A stretch of DNA of 64,000 bases, from assembly GCF_902713615.1 (NCBI RefSeq), contig NC_052161.1, forward strand, positions 132,702,678 through 132,766,677, in the 5' to 3' direction. The position numbers and the translations under genes are program-made. The notes beneath the pieces are model-generated. The model saw nothing but the letters and a program-made list of their open reading frames with translations, had not been told where the DNA came from and did not search any database. The DNA comes from Scyliorhinus canicula (lineage: Eukaryota). Positions within the stretch are counted from its first letter, which is position 1; each line of letters begins with the position of its first letter. Shown here piece after piece: positions 24,838 to 36,376 of the stretch.

Positions 24838-25035
24838 TTTTTTTATTTAGAGTACCCAATTATTTTTTTCCAATTCAGGGGCAATTTGCACATCTTTGGG
24901 TTGTGGGGGTGAGACCCACGCAAACATGGAGAGAACGTGCTAACTCCACACGGACAGTGACCCGGGGCCGGGATCGAACCCAGATTCTCAGTGCCGTGAG
25001 GCAGCAGTGCTAACCACTGCGCCACCGTGTCGCCC
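24838..25035 (-). mobile_element. HE1/V-SINE with A-tail
   Basis: TSD-like GATGAAATGTC on both sides. Confidence 0.85.
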
Positions 25036-25095
25036 TTCGATGAAATGTCTTTATAAAACAGTGTCAGTTAGAGAATTGTACTCGAGTCACTTTAT

Positions 25096-25400
25096 GGCAT
25101 GGCGGCACAGTGGTTAGCACTGCTGCCTCACAGCACCAGGGTCCCGGGTTCAATTCCGGCCTTGGGTGACTGTCTGGGTGGAGTTTGTACGTTCTCCCCG
25201 TGTCTGCGTGGGTGTCCTCTGGGTGCTCCGATTTCCTCCCACAGTCCAAAGATGTGAAGGTTAGGAGGATTGGCCAACCTAAAGTGTCCAAAAGGTTAGG
25301 TGGGGCTACTGGGTTACAGGGGTGGGGGGTGGGGGAGGTCTAGGTAGGGTGCTTTTTCGAAGGGGTTGGTGCAGACCCAATGGGCCAAATGGCCTCCTTC
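25096..25400 (+). mobile_element. HE1/V-SINE with CR1-like tail
   Basis: Head, V-domain and GGCCTCCTTCTGCACTG tail. Confidence 0.85.
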
Positions 25401-25959
25401 TGCACTGCAGGGATTCTATGGTAAGGTGGATGCCAAGATCTTGGACAAGGTGCAGAAGAAATTCCTAAGAGTATTCGGGATAAAAGCCTTCTATTACTGG
25501 TAAAACTTGAATTCTTCACCTTTAGAACAAAGAAAGTTAAGAGAAGATCTAATAGGGGTGTTTATGAATGGTTATGAGTCAGTAACCAGAAAACACAAAT
25601 TTTAGGTGATTTGGGGATAAGAAACAGAGGCAACGCGAGGAAACGTTTTAAATATACAATGAGTTGTTGTGACCTGAAAGGCTGTGGAAGCAGATTCAAC
25701 AGCAACTTTCAGAACTGAATTGGGGAAATATTTGATGGGAAAAAATGTACAGGACAGTGGAGAAAGAGCAGGGAAGGGGATGATTTGGATAACTATCAAA
25801 GAGCTAGTATGGGAAGGTTGGGCCAAATGACCACCTTCTGTGTTGTAACATTATATGATTCTATGGTTCTATGTCACTGCCGGAAATTAGAACAAATGGC
25901 GACTTTTTCAGAACCAATATCCACCTGGGGTACTTCAGGCCTGATACAGTAAAAAAGAA

Positions 25960-26370
25960 GACTCTCCTTTACATAGGGCTTAATTTCACAACCAGGGGGC
26001 TTCAAAGTGCTTTGCAACCAAAGAAGTATTTTTGGAGCGTCGTGACGGTTGTAATGTAGGAAACACGCCAGTCGTTAGTGACGTTAGCTCGAGGAATAAA
26101 TATTGACGAGGGCATTGGGTCAAATACCCCTACTGTTCTTCAAATAACCTTTTATTATCCTCGAGAGAGAGAGAGAGAGAGAGAGAGAGAGCAGATGGGA
26201 CCTTGCTTTAACATCTTATCTGAAAGAAGGCTCTTTTGACAGTGCAGCACTCCCTTACCGTGCAGCACTGCACGGTAGACTCAACCTCAATGTTTTGGGC
26301 TTCAGTCTCTGGAGTGGGACTTGAACCTTCTGACTCAGAAACGAGCTACACCCATTGATCTACAGCTGAT
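25960..26370 (-). mobile_element. DeuSINE (SacSINE1-like) containing a (GA)n microsatellite at 26163-26190
   Basis: GACAGTGCAGCACTCCC Deu-domain motif and tRNA-like head. Confidence 0.65.
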
Positions 26371-26534
26371 ATTTCTACCGATAGCGGACAATCTTGAAGT
26401 GTCATATCCAAAGTAACAGAAGAGTGATACTATTTCAATAGTTGCTTTCCTTCGATACTATTTATGATTCCCTTTACATCCAATCTAGGCACATAACCTG
26501 CAGTTTGGTTTATTTTGCCATTGCTCTTCTTTAC

Positions 26535-26706
26535 CGTTGCACTATTCTGTTGATGGGTAAACCATAATAATAAATCTTGCTGGAAGAATTCCACTCCACA
26601 CTTTCCAGTTTCGCGCGGAAGTCCAGGCAGTCTTCTTGGCACTTCAAGAGAAAGATTCCTTTGCCCAGGTTTGATCCGGCGGGTTTCGAAATCCAAATTG
26701 GTCCAT
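26535..26706 (-). CDS. TTLL10: TTLL10 exon (D)GPIWISKPAGSNLGKGIFLLKCQEDCLDFRAKLESVEWNSSSKIYYYGLPINRIVQ(R)
   Basis: Manual translation in a different frame from the listed ORF 26430..26738. WIxKP...GKGIF motif. cag/gtaaag boundaries, 172 nt, phase 1->2. Confidence 0.93.
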
Positions 26707-27316
26707 CTGCCCGGAGAGAAAGATAGGAAACAGAACATCAGCGGGAAAAGATGTAATCCTTCCCAATAGTCAGCGAACAGTTGAACAGGTCATCAGCCCC
26801 TGCTGAGTTCATCTCTTTCCACAGAATACTGAATAGGAGGATCAATCTGCATTGTCCAATGATACCTAGATTAGCAGTAGCTGTTACACAGTAGATTGTA
26901 ACGCAGCAGATTGTAATGCAGCAGCAAGTTGTATTAGAGAGAAGCATTTTGAGATACAGGGAGTACCCAAGTGAAATGCAATGATCATATAAAATAAATA
27001 ATCTTTATTGTCACAAGTAGGCTTACATTAACACTGCGATCAAGTTACTGTGAAAAGCCCCTAGTCACCACATTCCGGCGCCTGTTCGGGTACACAGAGG
27101 GAGAATTCAGAATTCTCAGCTGGTACGGGAATTGAACCCGCGCTGCTGGCCTTGTTCTGCATCATTGAGGCAGATAAGGTGCTTCTACAATTGGAATGGG
27201 ATTAATCAAGGATCGAGCAGCGCAGGACTCCACAAAACAGCCAGACATGTAGAGCAATGCAGGGCATGATGGCAGTAGCACAGGGAGAGAGGAGGAGTTG
27301 CCACATGAAATAGAGA

Positions 27317-27531
27317 CAGTAAGAAGTCTTACAACACCAGGTGAAAGTCAAACAGGTTTGTTTGGAATCACTACCTTTTGGGGCACAGCCCCTTCATCAG
27401 GGGAATCATTTGATGAAGGAGCAGTGCTCCCAAAGCTAGTGATTCCAAACAAATCTGTTGGACTTTAACCTGGTGTTGTGAGACTTCTTCCTTTGCCCAC
27501 CCCAGTCCAACACCGGCATCTCCACTTCATA
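27317..27531. mobile_element. Penelope-like element fragment forming an inverted repeat
   Basis: Arms of about 80 bp (27321-27400 and 27410-27489), hammerhead-like cores, AAATAGAGA direct repeat on both flanks. Confidence 0.75.
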
Positions 27532-28372
27532 AAATAGAGAAACCTTGGGTGGGCCTTAATTCTGGACAATCATTGCACAGGTTTCGTGTCAGTTTGCACC
27601 ACTTCACACAGACATTGCTAAAGTTAATAAAAAATGCGCCTTCAAAGGATTAGCCAGCACAAATCAAGAAGAACCCAAGAAAACAGGAGGTGAAATGACA
27701 ACAAGCGATTATTGGATTCTTTGAAGAAGTAACTAAAGTAGTAGACCAGGGAAAGTCAATGAATATAATTTACATGGAAGTCCAGAAGACATTCAATAAT
27801 ATTTTACATGAGAGATTGTCAGCTAAAATGATGGCTCATTAGAATTAAAGGTAAATCATTGACTGATTAGGAGATTACTTTGATATTAAAAGACATGCGG
27901 ATAGCGGATATGTATTGGAAGGAAGTGACCAGTGATGTCCCTCAAGGATCTGTGCTATGGCCTTAACTATTTTTATCCATGACTTAGATAAAACAATAGC
28001 CAACCATATGTCCAAGTTTGCCTATGATGGAAAGATTGGTGATATAGGAAGTAATACTGATAGGATCATGAAACTTTGATAGAATAAACTGAGTGGCTAA
28101 AACAGGATGCAATTTGGACCAAGAGGGGAGAGATCCTCACTCTAGAGGTGCAAAGAGATTCAGGGGCCTATGTGCACAGTTCATTAAAATATAATAATCG
28201 GTAATCGGGTAACAAAAAATAATCAGAAAAGCGAATAGAATATCGGTCTTTATAACTAGAGAGCTCGACTATATAAGGGAGGAATTTTTGCTATGGCAAT
28301 GCAAAACCCTGGTTAAACCACATCCGGAGAACCATGTATAGTTCTGGGCAGCACACACTTTAGAAAGACTAT

Positions 28373-29007
28373 GGCCGGGATTCTCCCCGACCCTGAAGGT
28401 GAAGTCTCCGCACCTTTAGGGGCCAAGCCCTCACATTGAGGGGCTAGAACCGCGCCGGAGTGGTTGCCACTCCGCCGGCTGGCGTGAACGGCCTTTGGTA
28501 CCACGCCAGCAGGGGCCAAAAGAACTTCGCCGGCCGGCATAAGTCCAGGCATACGCCAGAGCATCAGTGGCTGCTGACGTCATCCTGGCGCATGCGCAGG
28601 GAAGGGGGTCTCTTCCGCCTCCGCCATGGTGAAGACCATGGCAAAGGCAAAAGAAAAAGAGTGCCCCCACGGCACAGGCCCGCCCACCGATCGGTGGGCC
28701 CCGATTGCGGGCCAGGCCACCGTGGGGGCACCCCCCGGGGTCAGATCGGCCTGTGCCCCCCCCCCCAGGACCCCGACGCCCACCCGCACCGCCTGCTCCT
28801 ACCGGTCAGGTCGGTGGTTTAATCCACGCCGGCGGGAGAGGCTTGTCAGCAACGGGACTTCGGCCCATCGCGGGCCGGAGAATCGCCGCGGGGGGCCCGC
28901 CGACCGGTGCGGCACGATTCCCGCCCCCGCTGAATCTTGGGTGGCGGAGAATTCAGGACACAGCGGGGGCAGGATTGACGCCGGCCCTGGGCGATTCTCC
29001 GACCCGG

Positions 29008-29040
<33 letters not shown>

Positions 29041-29054
29041 GGAGAATCCCACCC
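28373..29054. mobile_element. Harbinger-type MITE inserted into an old CR1 LINE (about 27700-29700)
   Basis: TIR GGCCGGGATTCTCC / GGAGAATCCCACCC, 3-bp TSD TAT. Confidence 0.85.
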
Positions 29055-29872
29055 TATATTGGTCTTGGAAAGAGTGCAGTGCTTTCATCAGAATGTTAAC
29101 AGGGTTTAAATTGTGGGGAGAAATTACACAGGGGGTCAGCTTGCGTTCCCTGGAATACATAAGGTTAAGGGGTAACTTGACTGAGGTTTTCAGGACTTTG
29201 AAAGAAATTGGTGGGGGGGGGGATACAGAGAACCATTTTCTGCTTTGAGAAAAGGGGTCATAATGTTAGAAATCAGAGCCAGACCATTCAGAGGAGATGC
29301 TGGAAAGCACCTCTTCATGCAGAGGGTGGGTGAGAGTGGAACTCTCTCCCTCCACATGCAGCAGATGCCAGCTCAATTAATGACGTTAAATCTGAAACTG
29401 ATAGATATGCTATCCAAGCGTGTAAAATGTTATGAAGTAATGGCAGGTAAATGACGTTCAAAACACAGATCACCGTGGACGTAGCTGCACCACATGAGCT
29501 GCAGTGGTTCAAGAAGGCAGCTCACCACCAAACCTCCTCTCAAGGGCAATTCTGGATGGGCGATACCTGCTGGCCTAGCCAGCGACGCCCACGTCCCGTG
29601 GATGAATAAAAAGAAAAGCCACAATCTCACTGAATAGTAGGACTGCCTCGAGTAGCTGAATAACCTGCCCCTGTTCCTGTGCTCCCACAGATTGGTCCAT
29701 GGAAGGATGAAACCCAGTTAAGACATGTCACAAAAAGAAGAAATGGAAAGTTATTCAATGGCCTTCCAGTCAATGATACATCAGAAAAGCAAATGTCAAG
29801 TTTTAACCTGTTTGGTTGTGGATAGATGGGGAAGGGAAGCTAAAATTTTGGAATGGTGGGAAGAAAGAGTAC

Positions 29873-29958
29873 CTTCCATGATTTCAAAGAAAGCGAGGCG
29901 TTCACTTTTCACATCCATCCGGTACGTTTCAGGATAAAACTCTGCCATTTTCAGAAAT
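29873..29958 (-). CDS. TTLL10: TTLL10 exon (R)FLKMAEFYPETYRMDVKSERLAFFEIME
   Basis: Resembles 'LRMEEFFPETYRLD..ER.AFF'. tag/gtac boundaries, 86 nt, phase 2->1. Confidence 0.93.
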
Positions 29959-30001
29959 CTAGAGGAGGGAAAAGATATTAATAGCATTTACACATCATTG
30001 C

Positions 30002-30356
30002 GGGCAGCACAGTAGCATTGTGGATAGCACAATCACTTCACAGCTCCAGGGTCCCAGGTTCGATTCCGGCTTGGGTCACTGTCTGTGTGGAGTCTGCCCA
30101 TTCTACCCGTGTGTGCGTGGGTTTCCTCCGGGTGCTCCGGTTTCCTCCCACAGTTCAAAGATGTGCAAGTTAGGTGGATTGGCCATGATAAATTTCCCTT
30201 AGTGTCCAAAATTGCCCTTAGTGTTGGGTGGGGTTACTGGGTTATGGGGATAGGGTGGAGGTGTTAACCTTGGATAGGGTGCTCTTCCCAGGAGCCGGTG
30301 CAGACTCGATGGGCTGAATGGCCTCCTTCTGCACTGTAAATTCTATGATCTATGAT
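30002..30356 (+). mobile_element. HE1/V-SINE with CR1-like tail
   Basis: Full head, V-domain and tail, 44 bp from the exon 29873-29958 acceptor. Confidence 0.85.
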
Positions 30357-31058
30357 TGTTTCACAGTCTCAGGATGTCCCAGAGCACGTTACAGCCAAAA
30401 TGATTGTAGGGAGATTTGATAAACCTGATCAAAATGAAGATTATCGAGTGGACAGGGAGAATCTTCTTTCCAGTGGCAGAAGGGGCGGTCACCAAAGGCG
30501 ACAGATTTAAGATGGATGGCACAAGAAACAGACGCAACATGAAGGGAAATTTGTTGATGCAGAAACTTGCTCCGATCTGGAATGCACTGCCGAAGAGATG
30601 GTAAACACAGTTTCAGTCGTGGCTTTGATAGAGAATGGGATACGGATTTTTAAAAGGAAGAAAAAAAATTCCAGAGAAAGAGGACGGAATGGGATGGATT
30701 GGATCTTAGCGAGCCGATAGAGAAATGCCGGAGCTTGTATGCCCACCCTGATTCTGAGATAAACATGACATTTCTGGAATGGTGCAGAGGAAAGGACCAC
30801 AACCGTGCAAAGAAAGCCAAGGATTGGGAGGGAGCTTCAGAATCAGACCAGGGAGAGTGAATTAAACATCGGGGTAGAGGGTGGGGGCTGGGGGGGGGGG
30901 GGGGGGGGGAGTGTTGAAGAATTCGGGAAGGCAGGCATTTTAAACCTCAAAACCCAAAAGAATCCTCAAATTTTATGAGAGACATTTTCACCAGGACTCC
31001 AGATTTGTGTCATGTAGAAACAGTGAGAATGGCATCTATCGTGGCAGTATCTAACTTA

Positions 31059-31447
31059 GAACATAGAACATAGAACGATACAGCGCAGTACAGGCCCTTC
31101 GGCCCTCGATGTTGCACCGACATGGAAAAAATCTAAAGGCCATCTAACCTACACTATGCCCTTATCATCCATATGCTTATCCAATAAATTTTTAAATGCC
31201 CTCAATGTTGGCGTGTTCACTACTGTTGCAGGTAGGGCATTCCACGGCCTCACCACTCTTTGCGTAAAAAACCCACCTCTGACCTCTGTCCTATATCTAT
31301 TACCCCTCAATTTAAGGCTATGTCCCCTCGTGCTAGCCACCTCCATCCGCGGGAGAAGGCTCTCGCTGTCCACCCTATCTAACCCTCTGATCATTTTGTA
31401 TGCCTCTATTAAGTCACCTCTTAACCTTCTTCTCTCTAACGAAAACT
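31059..31447 (-). mobile_element. CR1-type LINE 3' end
   Basis: MIRGLDRVD...TRGHSLKL...FFTQRVVRPWNALP and (ATAGAAC)n tail. Confidence 0.85.
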
Positions 31448-33208
31448 AACTCCTCTCTAACTTACACCTGTTTGCAAATGGACAGCTAACCACTGAATAG
31501 CATGTTTTGTCCAGCTTTAATTATTTATTGACTATAAATGATTCACCTTACACTAAGTATTTTAAACATCTGCAGGTGAAATTGTGTAATTTGACCTCAT
31601 GAAAACATCTGTTGTGGCAAACATGCTCCATTTAAATGGACAAAGCAGAACAGATGTCACTTAAATTATCAAAGCAAAATATTAATAACCAGATGAATGG
31701 TCCCTCTCCAATTTCAGCAGAGGTAAATCTTCACAATTCTACAGTTTACACAGCCCGCATTCATTTCATGCTGGGTACATGACACGAACCCTAGATTCCT
31801 CCTAAAATGAGAGTGCCTCAGGCCCTCTTGATCAGCCGTTCTAGCTTAGACGCAAACTTAGCAGAAACCCCAGATGGACAAAGCTACATCTGTCAATGGG
31901 AAGAAAATTCACAGCATTTGTGTTCCTCCGTGTAGGATGTTTGATGATTTCTTTTTCACATAATGGGATTCAGTTAAGCTTCGGTTTGTGTTTCAAAACA
32001 AAGTGAGTTTGCACAGGTTAAAAGAAAGCCACCGTTTGAGGGCATTGTAAAATATGGAATAATGGCAAACTGTTTGGGGGGGACTATCACAACTCCCAGT
32101 TTATTTAAAACGTTTTGTCTCATTCTAGGTCTAACGGTCACGCTGGCCAGTGACGTTGAGAAACCTGGCATCTCACCTCAGACAATCCAACAATTGATTA
32201 TATGCGTGGTGGAGTCCATTATTTAATTTGCTTGGTCGTTGAATGAGGAGTTGGAAGACATTGCAGCCCTTGAGGAAGAGGTTTGGTGGGTTGGACCTGC
32301 CGGTGAATCCTTACAAGGAGAACATGTCAGAGATCCTGCATGTCTGCTTCCATGTGCCAGAATGAGCAGGGCAAAATAATCCAGGGACAATTAGGTTTTG
32401 AACAGATGGTTGTGAGCCTTGGCTCAGAACTGGTAGCGAAAAACAATTTGTTTGATGTCAAAAGGTGTCTGAAAGTGAAGTGAAGTGAAGCCAAAAGCAA
32501 GTTTATCATCTCACAAAAAGGGAGGGCGGGCGATTTATTGTTGTTTTCCTGTCTTTGAGCAAAATTTAGTTTGGCTGCTGCTCTCTATGTTTCCATTCAA
32601 TCTGTGAGGTGCAGGGGTTTAATGATTTGCGTCTTGCCTCGTCTGGTCAGTCTTTGCTCGTTCAGCCCTCAGAGAAATCATCGAAGTGTTTCTGAGGGCA
32701 GGTGTGAAAAACATGAGGCTGAAATTTCTTTCCTGACACGAGGACCGTTTCTGGATCCGGAGCCTGAGCATTTCATGGTGCAGCCAGCCCCCAGCTTAAT
32801 TTTACTGGAGGCGGCTAATGAGTAGCCTGCCACTGCATTTGGCCATCCAATTAGCCAAGGCAGATAGCAGAAGGATGCAGGTGGGCTAATTAGAGAGGCT
32901 GAAGAACCCCCATTCCTCTGTCCCCCATCTTTAAATACATACAATCATTCCTTTGCTCCACCATTGGCGACTGTGCCATCAGCTTCGTAATTCCCACTTT
33001 CTGGAATACCATCTCAATGCCTCTCGAAAACTGAATTAGTCAACCAGTATTTTGAGTATCCCATTTAAATTCTCCTTTATTGATGCAATGTCTATCTTTC
33101 CTCATAGCTTTATGAAGAGACTTAGGATATTTATCCAATTTAAGGTTGACTGCAAATAAACGTGAACAGATCTTGTTATGGAAATATGCAGGGAACTAAT
33201 TATCTTAC

Positions 33209-33329
33209 CTGGGATATATAATCTTTGTATATTTAGTTACTACTTGCTCAAAGATCTTCAGGGAAGAACAGAGGCCAACCTTGGTGGTCAGAAGTCTGTT
33301 GTTTGGGATCTGGTTTAACAGCTGTTTAC
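33209..33329 (-). CDS. TTLL10: TTLL10 exon (G)KQLLNQIPNNRLLTTKVGLCSSLKIFEQVVTKYTKIIYP(R)
   Basis: Manual translation. Resembles 'GEQLLYQLPNNKLLTTKIGL'. cag/gtaag boundaries, 121 nt, phase 1->2. Confidence 0.93.
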
Positions 33330-33525
33330 CTGTCAGAATGAGAGAAATGAAAGCCATACTTATTAGGGAAGCCAATTAACAATACACAATTATGGGAAAC
33401 GATGAATGCTTGTAAGCCTCAAAATTTCCAAGGTATCTGCACATCCTTCACCACTTCCTGATATTCAATGTAGTGATCTCTCTGATGTACCAAGATTCTT
33501 TCGATGTACCACGTATGGAAAGGGA

Positions 33526-33740
33526 GGAAAGTCGCTGTGGTCCCAGAGGACCATAGGCTGCTCCCCACTTTGAGAGAGAGGGCTGACTGGCGATGATTGA
33601 ACCTGAGGGTTAGCAGCCGAGGAACAATGCCGAGAAGGTGGGGCCTTCATGGCAAGCTCATCCAGTGCGGGAATTGAACCTGCGCAGTTGGCATCGCTCC
33701 GCATTACGTACTGACCAGCCAGCCAACTGAGCTAACCGCA
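33526..33740 (-). mobile_element. tRNA-head SINE with a distinct tail (second copy at about 60020-60230)
   Basis: Head GGTTAGCTCAGTTGGCTGG...GGTTCAATTCCC, tail ...CCTATGGTCCTCTGGGACCACAGCGACTTT. Confidence 0.65.
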
Positions 33741-34984
33741 CTCCCACCATGTATGTTAGATGTATTTGGTCTCTTTGTTTCAGTGTGGTCCAGTTGTGTC
33801 TATAGCAGTGACAGAAATATTAAAACATGGAATTGGAATATATGAGGGCTCGAGGAAACCCGACAGATGCATTTTTGCACCTTCCAAAATACGCATCAGA
33901 CCCACCTATGACATTGGCAGGGATTTTTATCTTTTCACACATTGGTCAGGTTTAGCAGTGCATTTTTGCAAGTCGGGATGAGGAGTGTGGATCCAGATGG
34001 CAGTTTATTAGAAGGCCCACCTCTATTTTACAACTTAGTAGCCCAGCTCCCAACATCATTCAATGGCCCACTAAACCTCATCCCTCAACCTGTTCATCGC
34101 CTCATGCCCTCCCACCGCCGCCACCCCCGACCATATATCCCTCTATGTCACCCCACGCATGTTGAGCTTGTAAAGAACCAAGAAACCACACCAAAGACAT
34201 ATTCTGTTATTACAGCCTCTTAAAAGTTTCAGTCGTTCTTAGATAATAGGCAGCCTCCTGAAACCATTAACAGCTTTTGAAATCCAGTCAAGTATTAAAA
34301 ATAGTTGCGTCATTAAAAAAAAATCTTTCAGATACATTGCCTGAAACTGACAGGAGAGAATGGTGTTCCATTTCCATTTCAAAGCAATGTCTCTGCCAAT
34401 CCAATGACAGGAGCAGATACAGATACTTTCTTCACCTTTCAAAAGCAGGTGTTTTTTTTTTAATAGCCAGAGCTATCAGTTGATTTAAATCAGAGCATAA
34501 AACATGAAAGCAGAGTCTGACGGGACAATTTATTTTACAATTTTTAATGCGTTATAGCACATTCTTCCATGGAGAAAGTATTGTAACGCATGACAACACT
34601 TGCACAATGCCGGTCAGATCCCTATGATTGACCATTGTATTAAAACACATCTGCATTACAATGCAGCATCTAATAGCTTTGAAGAAGTTAAAACATTTTA
34701 CGCTTACCTTTCAGAATGTTCCCACCCTCACTGCTTACCACAGTGGTCAGAAACTTTCCAAGGAGTGGCATTTTTAAGGACTTCCAAAACCTTCACCAGA
34801 ACACGAAAATCACGTCCAGGAGGAATTAGTATTTTCCTGTGGTCCTCACAATGGGAACCCTGTTCTAGGAAGAGGTGCAAGTGCCTTTTGCACCCGAGGT
34901 TTTCCCAATCCATGGTGAGACAGAGGAAAATTGATTTTCCAGCAAAGAAAATGATGTTCAGAACTTTGCACCTTATTCTCAAAA

Positions 34985-35370
34985 AATGAGGGATAATCTC
35001 ATTGAAATGAGCAAAATGCCGAAAGGGATGGACAGGGTAAATGCAGGTGAAGTGTTTCTCCTGGTTGGGGAGTCTAGAACCAGCGAACACATTTTCAAAA
35101 TAAGGGGGAAGCCACTTCGGGCCAAGGTGAGGAGAATTTTGTTTTACACAGAGGATTGTGAATCTTTGGAGTTCTCCAGCCCAGAGGGCTGCGGAAGCTG
35201 AGTCATCGAGTATGTTTAAAGCAGACATTGGCAGATTTCTAGGTAACAGTGACAAAAAGGGATGTGGGGAAAGTGTGGGAAAAAGCATTAAAGTGGATGA
35301 TCAGCCATGATCGTATTGAATGGCGGAGTAGGTTTGATGGGCCGAATGGCTTCCTCCCGCTCCTATGTTC
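34985..35370 (+). mobile_element. CR1-type LINE 3' fragment
   Basis: Degenerate CR1 C-terminus and 3' UTR. Confidence 0.7.
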
Positions 35371-36078
35371 CATTGGGAGATGGAGATCCGGCCTTGGGGC
35401 TGAGTATAGAAGACACATTCCTGGTAAAATCCTGAGCCATATCTATGAGGACATCCCAGGCTTGAAAAGTACAAAGTTAACTGCTCTTAACTCAGGGTTA
35501 TGGTGGAAGCACTGAAACTTGCCTCAATGTCTGTAGCGGGGAAAAAAAGAGGAAAACTATCAGCTTGAGTTCCAGTTGTTGATTACTGGCAGCGCAGCCG
35601 GCTGTGCGCCTGGCTACTGGACAAAAATGCAAAGGGTCGCCGTGATATCCTCCAATAGCTGAGTCACAGGATAAGTCCACACTTGAATAGTGGCTAGCTG
35701 GCTGGGCGTGGTGGAGAAACACACCATACTGGTGATTGTGGAATCATGCTCTGACTGCCTTCCGGACAGGATAGAGGGGGAAAAGAAAGATTAGAGGCAA
35801 ACATGTGTAACTGACAGGGAATCTCATCGGATACTTCAATTTGCAAAGAAGCTAAATACAAACATGTATGAAATGAGTGGGTCATAAACAGAAAGAACTT
35901 CCATTGATATCTACCATCAGTTTCAGCAAGTAAAAGAGAAGATGCATTTATTCTTCCCAAAGTGAACAACAAAATCCAAACTGTGCGTACAAATGAGGAC
36001 GTAAAAACTTGGTATTTTGAGTCTATTATGTTACACTTTCAACAGCTCCTGTATATATTCATTCAGATAAATCTTTAC

Positions 36079-36197
36079 CTTCTTGGAAGCAATGGAAGTT
36101 GGTCAGAGTATTAATTTCACACCATTTTATTAAGTAGTCAGCTCTGTCATTGTCATAGATTCGCTTCCAACCCCTGTTCTCACAAAAGCTGACAACT
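36079..36197 (-). CDS. TTLL10: TTLL10 exon VVSFCENRGWKRIYDNDRADYLIKWCEINTLTNFHCFQE
   Basis: Resembles 'VSSYCKSKGWQRI....DY.LKWCE'. cag/gtaa boundaries, 119 nt, phase 2->1. Confidence 0.92.
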
Positions 36198-36376
36198 CTG
36201 TATTGAAAAGAAACAATTTGAAATGAAGTGCAGGAGCCGACACTGAACAAAGCAAATGTCTACATGTTACATAATTTGCCCCTCTCCTCGCCTTGCTTCC
36301 CCAATGTGGTGGTATGATTAACATAGCTGTCTGCCATTGGTGCAGAACACCGGCTTACCATTGGCCCTGGTCGGTC

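Noticed and set aside
26430-26738. Listed 102-aa ORF
   Set aside because: Wrong frame. The TTLL10 exon 26535-26706 is in another frame.
32110-32290. Plus-strand acceptor/donor pair suggesting an antisense exon
   Set aside because: Splice-like motifs alone are not sufficient evidence, and there is no ORF or homology support.
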